Below, one piece after another: positions 55,644-64,000 of a stretch of DNA of 64,000 nucleotides; position 1 is the stretch's first letter, and each line of letters begins with the position of its first letter. This DNA is from an uncultured Chloroflexia bacterium (GTDB taxonomy: Bacteria > Chloroflexota > Limnocylindria > Limnocylindrales > CSP1-4), in assembly GCA_963843335.1 (NCBI GenBank), contig CAWJKF010000006.1, forward strand, positions 164,042 to 228,041, given 5' to 3'. The position numbers were made by a program, and so were the translations under genes. The notes beneath the pieces were generated by a model that did not search any database, was not told where the DNA came from, and saw only the letters and a program-made list of their open reading frames with translations.

Positions 55644-56591
55644 ATGACAGTCACCACCACAGGGACGACACAGCCACAACGAGCGGCACGGGCGGCGACG
55701 CGCCGGCGGCGTTGGTCGCTGCTCGATGCACGCCTCGCACCCTTCGTGTTCCTGCTGCCTTTCATGGCAGTGTTCGTGGTCTTCCGGCTCTGGCCACTCG
55801 TCCAGGCCGTGGAGATGAGCTTCCAGGACGTTCAGGGTCTCCAGGGCAATGACTGGGTGGGCCTGGAGAACTATCAGAGCATCCTGGCCAACCCGCAGTT
55901 CATGAACGCGATGTCGAACACGTTCGTGTACACGATCATGACGCTCATCATCCTCATCCCCATCCCGCTGGCCCTGTCAGCGCTGCTGGACCGCGGACAT
56001 ACCTACAAGCCGATGGCCTGGCGGATCGCGCTGTTCGTCCCCGCGCTGGCGTCGCTCGTCGTGGTGTCCTTCCTCTTCCGCGTCATCCTCGGCGAGAACG
56101 GCCTGTTGAACTCGTCGCTGTCGACCCTTGGCCTGTCGCCCCAGGCCTGGCTGACGTCGGCATCGCTGGCCATCCCCTCGCTCCTCATCATCGCCACCTG
56201 GCGCTGGGTGGGCATCAACATGCTGTACTTCAACAGCGGTCTCGTGAACATCTCGCGCGAGCTGTACGAGGCAGCCGCCATCGACGGCGCCAACGGCCGG
56301 CAGATGTTCCGGCACATCTCCGTGCCCCTCCTGCGACCGACGATCATCTTCGTGCTCATCATCTCGGTCATCGGTGGCTTCCAGTTGTTCGTCGAGCCGT
56401 TCCTGCTGTGGGGCGGGGGCAACTCGCCGTCGGGCGCCGGGCTGTCCGTCGGTTTGCTCATCTATCGGACGGCGTTCACCTCGTTCAAGTTCGGTGATGC
56501 CGCCGCGATGGGCGTCGTGCTCGCCTTCATCATCCTCATCGTCTCGCTCATCGTGTTCCGCCTGGCCGGCGGCACGAAGGCGCTCCGATGA
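55644..56591 (+). CDS. Carbohydrate ABC transporter permease (AraP-like)
   Basis: WVGLENY, ELYEAAAIDGA (EAA loop), FGDAAA. Confidence 0.92.
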   Translation: MTVTTTGTTQPQRAARAATRRRRWSLLDARLAPFVFLLPFMAVFVVFRLWPLVQAVEMSFQDVQGLQGNDWVGLENYQSILANPQFMNAMSNTFVYTIMTLIILIPIPLALSALLDRGHTYKPMAWRIALFVPALASLVVVSFLFRVILGENGLLNSSLSTLGLSPQAWLTSASLAIPSLLIIATWRWVGINMLYFNSGLVNISRELYEAAAIDGANGRQMFRHISVPLLRPTIIFVLIISVIGGFQLFVEPFLLWGGGNSPSGAGLSVGLLIYRTAFTSFKFGDAAAMGVVLAFIILIVSLIVFRLAGGTKALR

Positions 56592-57470
56592 CGGGCCGCC
56601 GCGGCAAGCCCGCCGCGGACCCGGCAACCCAGGCGCCCGTCGGCGCGAACCGGGCCTGGAGCAGGCTGGTCATCCTGCTCCTGTTCCTGGTGCTGTCGGT
56701 CGTCTTCCTCATCCCCATCTACTGGATGGTGGTGAGCTCGTTCCGCCCGCAGGGCGAGCTGTTCAGCAACATGACCAACCTGGTGCCCTCGGGCGTGACC
56801 CTCGAGAACTACGTCCGGCTCTTCCAGGAGCAGCCCTACGCGCACTGGTTCTTCAACTCCGTCACCCAGTCACTGGGGTTCGCGGCGCTCAGCGGTCGCC
56901 CTCTGCACGATGGCCGGCTATGCGCTGGCGAAATACCGCTTCCGGGGCAACAACGTCATCTTCTTCGGCGTCCTGGTCACGCAGATGATCCCCTTCAACC
57001 TGCTCATCGTGTCGCTCTTCTTCATCATCATCCAGCTGGGTCTCAAGGAGACCTACTGGGGCGCCATCGTCCCGCTCGCGGCCAGCCCCATCGGGCTCTT
57101 CTTCATGCGCGTCTACTGCATGAGCGTCAATGACGAGATGATCGACTCGGCACGGGTCGACGGCGCCAACGAGTACCGCATCTTCTGGTGCATCGCCCTG
57201 CCCAACCTCCGGCCAGGTCTGGCGACGCTGTTCATCCTGTTCGCGCTGGAGTACTGGAACAACCTGCTGTGGCCGCTCATCGTGTTCCTGAAGAAGGAGA
57301 ACTTCCCGCTGGCGGTCGGCCTCGCGGGCATGGTCAACCAATACCGGATCCAGTACGACCTGCTGCTGGCCGGGTCGGCCCTGGCGACCGTCCCGATCAT
57401 CATCCTGTTCTTCGTGTTGCGCCGCCAGTTCATGGAAGGCGCCTCGTTCACGGGCAGCGGTGTCCAATGA
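56588..57470 (+). CDS. Carbohydrate ABC transporter permease (AraQ-like), frameshift near 56895
   Basis: TLENY, AGYALAKYRFRG, DSARVDGA, WNNLLWPL. Confidence 0.9.
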
Positions 57471-58193
57471 GCGACTCCTACGCGGATATCCGGGAAGCCG
57501 CAGCTCTCGCGTCGCATGCCATCGCGGAGGCCGGTCTGGTGCTGCTCGCATTCGGTAATGCCAGCGCGGTCGATCGAGCGCAGGGCGCCTTCGCCATCAA
57601 GCCCAGCGGCATCCCGTGCGCGGCCGTCCGACCCGACCAGGTCGTGGTCGTGGCCATCGAGGACGGCCGAGTCATCGACGGCGCCCTCCGGCCGTCATCG
57701 GACGAGCCGACCCATCGCCGCCTCTACCAGGCGTTCCCGGACATCGGCGGCCGTGGTCCATACCCACTCGATGCATGCGACGGCCTGGGCCCAGGCCGGC
57801 CGTGCCATCCCCTGCTTCGGCACCACCCATGCGGACTTCTTCCGGGGTGGCATCCCGGTGACCCGGCCGCTCACGGAGGCCGAGATCGACCGAGCGCTAC
57901 GAATGGCACACGGGCGTCGCCATCACGGACCTGTACGAGCCGGACGGGCTTGACCCGGTCGCGGCTCCCGGCGTGCTCGTCCGATCGCATGGGCCGTTCG
58001 TCTGGGGCCGGTCGGCAGCCGAGGCGGCGGAGCATGCGGAGGCCGTCGAGACGGTCGCCCGGATGGCGCTCCATACCCTGGCCATCGATCCGGGGGCCGC
58101 CCCGCTCGACGACGCGCTGCTGCCGACGACACTTCGACCGCAAGCACGGTGCGACGCGCGTACTACGGGCAGCGGCCCGGAGGTGCCTCATGA
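57467..58193 (+). CDS. araD: L-ribulose-5-phosphate 4-epimerase, frameshifted
   Basis: FGNAS, IKPSG, PSSD.PTH, VHTHS, GTTHAD, HGPF.WG, HF.RKHG..YYGQ. Confidence 0.92.
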
Positions 58194-59902
58194 GCTCAGC
58201 GCTGCGGACGGCGATCGGCGTCGACTTCGGGTCCGAGTCGGCCCGGGCGCTCCTCGTGGATGTGGCAACGGGTCGCGAGCTCGCGACCGCCGTCTCGCAG
58301 TTCGAGCACGGCGTCATCGAGGATCGGTTGCCGGACAGCGGCACGCCCCTCCCCCCGGACTGGGCGCTCCAGGACCCCGACGACTACGTGGCATCGATGG
58401 GCGCGACGGTGCGGGAGGTGCTCCGGACGAGCGGCGTCGATCCGGCGCGCGTCGTGGGTGTGGGCATCGACTTCACCGCCTGCACGATGCTGCCGACGAC
58501 CGCGGATGGCACTCCCCTCTGCCGGCTGCCGGAGCTGCGCGCCGAGCCGCATGCCTGGGTCAAGCTCTGGAAGCACCACGCGGCGCAGCCGGAGGCCGAC
58601 TGCATCAATGCCCTGGCTGCCGCCCGACATGAGGCGTGGCTGCCGCGGTATGGCAGTCGGACCTCATCCGAATGGTTCCTGGCCAAGTCGCTCCAGATCC
58701 TCGACGAGGCTCCGGCGATCTACGCCGCCGCCGCCCGACTCATCGAGGCCGCGGACTGGATCGTCTGGCAGCTGACCGGGGTCGAGAGCCGCAACAGCAC
58801 CACCGCCGGCTACAAGGCGCAGTGGTCCCGACATGACGGTTTCCCGGATGCGGCGTTCCTGGGTGCCCTCGACCCGCGTTTCGCGGATCTCGTCGACAGT
58901 CGCATGTCGCGCGACGTCCGGGCGCAGGGCGACCGGGCGGGCGAGATCAGCAACGCAGCCGCGGTCTGGACCGGGCTGCTGCCCGGCACGCCCGTGGCGG
59001 TCGCGAACGTCGACGCCCATGTCTCGGTGCCCGCGGTGGGCGTGACCCGCCCGGGACAGCTGGTCGCGGTCATGGGCACCAGCACCTGCCACCTGGCCCT
59101 CAGCGCGGACGAACGCGTCGTGCCAGGCGCCTGTGGCGTGGTGGAGGACGGCATCATCCCGGGGCTCTTCGGGCACGAGGCGGGCCAGGCCTCCGTCGGC
59201 GACCTCTTCGGCTGGTGGGCCCGGACGCTGGCCATCGGTGCGGGCGGGGACAGTCGTGATGTGGGCGCGATCCATGCGCAGCTGGAGCGTGACGCGGCGC
59301 TCCTGCGACCGGGTGAGACCGGCCTCGTCGCCCTCGACTGGTGGAACGGTAACCGCTCCATCCTCGTCGACGCGGACCTCACGGGCATGCTCCTGGGACC
59401 GACCCTCGCCACACGACCGGCCGACATCTACCGGGCCCTGCTGGAGGCGACGGTCTACGGCACCCGGGTCATCATCGACGCATTCGAGGCGGCAGGCGTG
59501 CCCATCGAGTCGATCGTCGCCTGTGGGGGCCTCCCCTTCCAGAACCGACTGCTGATGCAGCTGACCGCGGACATCACCGGTCGGACCGTGCATACCAGCA
59601 GCTCCCGCCAGGCACCCGCTCTCGGTTCGGCGATGTTCGGGGCCGTGGCCGCAGGCGCGGCAGCGGGCGGCTACGACAGCATCACCGATGCCGCCGCCCG
59701 CATGACCCACCCGGGCGTGGACGTGTATCTGCCGTCGAGCGCCGACCGTCCCATCTGGGACGAGGGATACGCCATCTATCGCGAGCTGCACGACAGCATG
59801 GCCCAGCAGACGTCCGCGATGCGTCGATTGCGGACACTCCAGGGGCGCGCCAGGGAGGCCGGCGCTCCGGCGACAGGTACGAGCAGAGGGAGATCGGGAT
59901 GA
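58190..59902 (+). CDS. araB: Ribulokinase
   Basis: [49 protein letters not shown]. Confidence 0.95.
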   Translation: MSSALRTAIGVDFGSESARALLVDVATGRELATAVSQFEHGVIEDRLPDSGTPLPPDWALQDPDDYVASMGATVREVLRTSGVDPARVVGVGIDFTACTMLPTTADGTPLCRLPELRAEPHAWVKLWKHHAAQPEADCINALAAARHEAWLPRYGSRTSSEWFLAKSLQILDEAPAIYAAAARLIEAADWIVWQLTGVESRNSTTAGYKAQWSRHDGFPDAAFLGALDPRFADLVDSRMSRDVRAQGDRAGEISNAAAVWTGLLPGTPVAVANVDAHVSVPAVGVTRPGQLVAVMGTSTCHLALSADERVVPGACGVVEDGIIPGLFGHEAGQASVGDLFGWWARTLAIGAGGDSRDVGAIHAQLERDAALLRPGETGLVALDWWNGNRSILVDADLTGMLLGPTLATRPADIYRALLEATVYGTRVIIDAFEAAGVPIESIVACGGLPFQNRLLMQLTADITGRTVHTSSSRQAPALGSAMFGAVAAGAAAGGYDSITDAAARMTHPGVDVYLPSSADRPIWDEGYAIYRELHDSMAQQTSAMRRLRTLQGRAREAGAPATGTSRGRSG

Positions 59903-61371
59903 AGGCGTTCGGCGGATCGTCCGCGTGGTTCGTCACGGGCAGCCAGGGGTTGTACGGCGACGAAGCGCTGGCACAGGTGGCCGATCACGCGCGCCAGATC
60001 GCGGACGGCCTTGATGGCTCGCCGGAGGTGCCCGTGCGCATCGTGGCCAAGCCCGTGGTCACGTCGGCCGAGGGTATCGCTGCGCTGCTGGCGGAGGCAG
60101 ACGCCGACCCGACATGTCTCGGCGTCGTGGCCTGGATGCACACGTTCTCGCCGGCGAAGATGTGGATCGCCGGGCTGCTCGCGCTGCGCAAGCCGCTCCT
60201 CCATCTCCACACCCAGGCGAACCGGGATCTCCCGTGGGCGGAGATCGACATGGACTTCATGAACCTCAACCAGTCCGCCCACGGCGACCGCGAGTTCGGT
60301 TACGTGCTGAGCCGGCTGCGCATCCCGCGGACCACGATCGTGGGTCACTGGCAGGATCCCGCGGTGACCGAGCGCCTGGGCCGATGGGCCCGAGCCGCCG
60401 CAGGAGCCGCCGAGGCACGCCGGCTGAAGGTCTGCCGGTTCGGTGACAACATGCGCCAGGTCGCGGTCACGGAGGGCGACAAGACCGAAGTCCAGGTCAA
60501 GCTCGGTGTCTCGGTCGATGGCTACGGCGTCAATGACCTCGTGGCGGCCGTCTGTGCGGCGTCCGATGGGGACGTGGATGCGGTCGTCGCCGACTGCCTC
60601 GAGCGATATGACATGGCGGCGGAGCTGCGACCCGGGGGCGCCCGACATGCATCGCTGCGTGAGGCCGCGCGGATCGAGGTGGGGCTTCGAGCGCGCCTCG
60701 AGCTGGGCGGCTATCGCGCGTTCACGGACACGTTCGAGGACCTCGGTGACCTCACCCAGCTGCCCGGCCTTGCCGTCCAGCGGTTGATGGCCGATGGCTA
60801 CGGCTTCGGGGGTGAGGGCGACTGGAAGACGGCCACGCTCGTGCGGCTGCTCAAGGTGATGGCCACGGGACTGCCCGGCGGGACCTCCTTCATGGAGGAC
60901 TACACCTACCACCTGGGCGAGCCGCGACCACGGATCCTGGGTGCTCACATGCTCGAGGTGTGCCCCTCGATCACGGCCGACCGACCGACCTGCGAGATCC
61001 ATCCGCTGGGCATCGGTGGCAAGGCCGATCCGGTCCGGCTCGTCTTCACCGCACGCACAGGGCCGGGCATCGTGGTCGGCCTCTCGGACATGGGTGACCA
61101 CCTGCGGCTCGTCGCCAACGAGATCGACCTCGTGGAGCCGGATGCTCCCCTCCCCCGGCTGCCCGTCGCGCGGGCGGTGTGGGAGCCGCGACCGGACCTG
61201 CGCACCTCCGCGACGTCCTGGCTGATGGCCGGAGGACCACATCACACGGCACTATCCATCGGGTTGCCGACCGAGGTCATCAGCGACTTCGCACGCATGG
61301 TGGGGGTGGAGCTCGTGCTCATCGACGGCGACACGAGCCTCCGGGCGATGGAGGAACGACTCGCCTGCTGA
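59899..61371 (+). CDS. araA: L-arabinose isomerase
   Basis: [54 protein letters not shown]. Confidence 0.97.
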   Translation: MKAFGGSSAWFVTGSQGLYGDEALAQVADHARQIADGLDGSPEVPVRIVAKPVVTSAEGIAALLAEADADPTCLGVVAWMHTFSPAKMWIAGLLALRKPLLHLHTQANRDLPWAEIDMDFMNLNQSAHGDREFGYVLSRLRIPRTTIVGHWQDPAVTERLGRWARAAAGAAEARRLKVCRFGDNMRQVAVTEGDKTEVQVKLGVSVDGYGVNDLVAAVCAASDGDVDAVVADCLERYDMAAELRPGGARHASLREAARIEVGLRARLELGGYRAFTDTFEDLGDLTQLPGLAVQRLMADGYGFGGEGDWKTATLVRLLKVMATGLPGGTSFMEDYTYHLGEPRPRILGAHMLEVCPSITADRPTCEIHPLGIGGKADPVRLVFTARTGPGIVVGLSDMGDHLRLVANEIDLVEPDAPLPRLPVARAVWEPRPDLRTSATSWLMAGGPHHTALSIGLPTEVISDFARMVGVELVLIDGDTSLRAMEERLAC

Positions 61372-61389
61372 CGGCTGCCGCCGCCCTGG

Positions 61390-61866
61390 CTACTCCAGGT
61401 GCCCGCCGGTGATGAGCTGCCGGTCGATCTGGACCACGGTCCTGTACAGCTGCGCCATGTCGATGCAGGCGTCGACGTGCGGCAGCGTGCCGGTCCAGAG
61501 CTGGATGTCCAGGGCGCCATGGACCCACTGCGCGCCCACCGAGGCCAGTCCGTAGCACGTGTCGACACCGTTCCAGAAGTAGACGGTCAGCTGCTGGCCG
61601 TTGGCAGCGACGTCGACATGCTCCCAGAACACGCGATGGATATCGATGAGCCCGTCCTGGGGCACCGCGATCGTGGCCCCGGTCTCCGTGTCTGGCTGGC
61701 CGGGGGTCATCGGGCTGCTCGAGACCGGGGTGTCGGGGCCGACGATGGGCGACGAGGACACCCCTTGGGCGAGAGCGCCCGATGCGCCCAGGACGAGCGC
61801 GAGGCACGCCACAAGGAGTACCGGCATCAGCGGCGATCGGCGGCTGTTGCGGGACACGATCGCCAT
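61390..61866 (-). CDS. Hypothetical secreted protein
   Basis: Signal peptide ending ALA-Q; Pro/Ser linker; small beta-rich domain with two Cys. Confidence 0.7.
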   Translation of the reverse strand: MAIVSRNSRRSPLMPVLLVACLALVLGASGALAQGVSSSPIVGPDTPVSSSPMTPGQPDTETGATIAVPQDGLIDIHRVFWEHVDVAANGQQLTVYFWNGVDTCYGLASVGAQWVHGALDIQLWTGTLPHVDACIDMAQLYRTVVQIDRQLITGGHLE

Positions 61867-61946
61867 GGGATGACCTCCGGGATGGGCCGCCAGACTGGCG
61901 ACATCGGGCCGGGCTTCCGCGCCTGACCGTGGTTCGCCGTGAGCGG

Positions 61947-63248
61947 TCAGCCGGCGAGCGGGGCGCTTGCCCGGGCAGCGGCGGCGTTGAGCTCGCCGGC
62001 CAGCGATGGCACCACCTTGCCCGTGATGTGCACGTCGTGGGAGCGGTAGTCGATCTCGACCGTGCCCCGCTCTCGCACGCGTGCGAGCAGCTCCCCCTCC
62101 GTATACGGCAGGGCGACGTCCACCTCCTCCCAGAGGTCCGCAAGCAGGGTCGAGAGCCGCAGCCGGAGCGTGTCGAGGCCGAAGCCGGTGTGTGCCGACG
62201 CGAGCACCGAGCCGGCCACGACCGGCGCGGACGTGGCCGCATCCGCCGCCGCCGGCATGAGCAGGTCGGCCTTGTTGTAGACCACGAGGCGGGGCTTCTC
62301 ACCGGCGCCCAGGTCATTGAGCACCCCCTGGACGGTCGCCCGATGCTCCGTGGCGTGGCGGTCGGAGGCGTCGACGACCTCCAGCAGCACATCGGCCCGG
62401 GTGACCTCCTCCAGCGTGGCCCGGAAGGCATCGACGAGCTGGTGGGGCAGCTTGTGGATGAAGCCGACAGTATCGGTGAGGATCGCCGACTGCCCATCGC
62501 CAAGCTTGACCGAGCGGCTGGTCGGGTCGAGGGTAGCGAACAGGCGGTCCTCGGCGACCGCGGCGTACTGCCCCGCGAGGGCATTGAGCATCGAGGACTT
62601 GCCCGCGTTCGTGTAACCGACGATGGCGACCGTGGGCACCAGGCGCCGGTCGCGTGCCCGGGCCGTGGTCTCGCGCTGCTGCCGGACGGCCTCCACCCGC
62701 TCCTTGAGCTTGCTGATCTTGGCCCGGATGATTCGCCGGTCCGTCTCCAGCTGGCTCTCGCCAGGACCCCGGGTGCCGATGCCGCCACCGGTCCGCGAGA
62801 GGTGGGTCCAGAGTCGGGTGAGGCGGGGCAGCTGGTACTCCAGCTGGGCGAGCTCCACCTGGAGCCGACCTTCGTGGGTGCGGGCGTGCTGGGCGAAGAT
62901 GTCGAGGATGAGGCCGCTCCGGTCGAGGATCTTCACCCCCAGGACCGATTCGAGCGACTTCTGCTGATTGGGCTTGAGCTCGTCGTCCGCGATGAGCAGC
63001 GTGAAGCCGGTCTCGGCCTTGGCCGCCACGAGCTCCTCGACCTTGCCCTTGCCCATGTACCAGTTCGGGTCGGCGTGACGCCGGTTCTGCCACTCGGCGC
63101 CGACGACGGTAGCTCCAGCCGTGTCGGCGAGACTCGCGAGCTCGGCGAGCGAATCCTCTGCCGTCCAACCGTCATCGTCGCCGGTATCGACGGCGATGAG
63201 GAAGGCAAGCTCGGTCGGGGGAACGAGGTCGATGGTGGTGCGGGGCAT
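61947..63248 (-). CDS. hflX: GTPase HflX
   Basis: ILDIFAQHA...EG.LQVELAQL.Y, GTRGPGE, GYTNAGKS, LFATLDPT, DTVGF, NKAD. Confidence 0.97.
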   Translation of the reverse strand: MPRTTIDLVPPTELAFLIAVDTGDDDGWTAEDSLAELASLADTAGATVVGAEWQNRRHADPNWYMGKGKVEELVAAKAETGFTLLIADDELKPNQQKSLESVLGVKILDRSGLILDIFAQHARTHEGRLQVELAQLEYQLPRLTRLWTHLSRTGGGIGTRGPGESQLETDRRIIRAKISKLKERVEAVRQQRETTARARDRRLVPTVAIVGYTNAGKSSMLNALAGQYAAVAEDRLFATLDPTSRSVKLGDGQSAILTDTVGFIHKLPHQLVDAFRATLEEVTRADVLLEVVDASDRHATEHRATVQGVLNDLGAGEKPRLVVYNKADLLMPAAADAATSAPVVAGSVLASAHTGFGLDTLRLRLSTLLADLWEEVDVALPYTEGELLARVRERGTVEIDYRSHDVHITGKVVPSLAGELNAAAARASAPLAG

Positions 63249-63252
63249 GCCC

Positions 63253-64000
63253 TCAGGATACCCGGGGCGGTCCGGCGTCGATCCGGGCGCGCAGCGACGT
63301 GAGCGTGGCGCCGGACCAGTCAGCCTCGATCCACCATGTCGCGCCCGCATCGGCGACCGGCTGAGCCTGTGCTGCCGCGGTCTCCGGGTCGGCTGGCGTC
63401 GTCCCCTGGGCGACGACCTCGAACGGGTCCTGGGCACCCAGCGCGACGCGCGCGGCCCGCGTCCGGGCGACCATCGAGGCGATCTCCCCCGGGTCACCCG
63501 TCTGGAGCACGAGCCCCTCCCAACGCGCCGCACGGGCCAACGAGCGCTCACCCGCCGGGACCGCCACGACCCAGATCGGGATGCGCGGCGTCTGGATGGG
63601 TCGTGGCCGGAACGTCATCGGCGCGAACCGGTAGTGCGACCCCTGATAGCCGAACGGCTCGCCCGACCAGAGGCCCGCGAGGATGTCGAGCGTCTCGTCG
63701 AGGATGGCCGCTCGTTCCCGCAGGCCGGTCACCTCCCCCACCGCGCCGAACCCCTGGTCGTCAAGGGCGCCCAGGCCGACCGGGAGGATAAGGCGACCGC
63801 CCGACAGGTGGTCCACGGTCAGCGCCTCGCGGGCCAGCTTCCAGGGTCGACGTCGCGTTGGCGCGAACACGATGGCGCCGAGGCGGACGCGCGACGTCCG
63901 CACAGCCATGGCCGCCAGCAGCGCCCACGGATCGACCATCTCGTCGCTGCCGATGGCGATGGCGTCATACGTGAACACGCCGTCCCAGCCGGCATCCTCG
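63253..64000 (-). CDS. LLM-class (luciferase-like) flavin-dependent oxidoreductase, 5' end outside window
   Basis: AGWDGVF, DPW.LLAAMA.RT.RVRLG, LSGGRLIL.VGLG, P.P.Q.PRIPIWV. Confidence 0.88.
   Translation of the reverse strand, partial: EDAGWDGVFTYDAIAIGSDEMVDPWALLAAMAVRTSRVRLGAIVFAPTRRRPWKLAREALTVDHLSGGRLILPVGLGALDDQGFGAVGEVTGLRERAAILDETLDILAGLWSGEPFGYQGSHYRFAPMTFRPRPIQTPRIPIWVVAVPAGERSLARAARWEGLVLQTGDPGEIASMVARTRAARVALGAQDPFEVVAQGTTPADPETAAAQAQPVADAGATWWIEADWSGATLTSLRARIDAGPPRVS

Overview
High-GC bacterial chromosome segment. Gene content and protein style suggest a Chloroflexota-like (possibly Limnocylindria) lineage; this is inference. Many essential genes carry single-base frameshifts clustered at about 5.6-12.4 kb and 28-45 kb, best read as long-read indel errors rather than pseudogenes. 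From 1 to 42 kb is a + strand core block: rpsP-khpA-rimM-trmD-rplS-rnhB-yraN, rpsB-tsf-pyrH-frr-uppS-cdsA-dxr-rseP-ispG, proS, nusA-ylxR-infB-rbfA-nrnA-truB-ribF, rpsO-pnp, a kelch-repeat protein, then asd-udg-rnj-ftsK-rodZ-cinA-murC-yajQ, a ThDP enzyme and a phosphatase. A XerC/D dif-like site lies at 42100-42127. It is followed by accessory DNA: two divergent PIN toxin-antitoxin modules, an SF2 helicase and a ~15.5 kb LacI-controlled L-arabinose/arabinoside locus with recurring tandem operators. Minus-strand core genes (hflX) close the window. The standout observation is a PNPase carrying an in-frame ~155 aa DEDDh (DnaQ-like) 3'-5' exonuclease domain with all catalytic residues, inserted into its alpha-helical domain. 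Other observations: rimP absent but its leader terminator kept, a RibF with a degenerate kinase module, an unannotated 30 aa membrane microprotein, beta-clamp-type motifs on UDG, RNase HII and the helicase, and an 18 bp tandem-repeat microORF.
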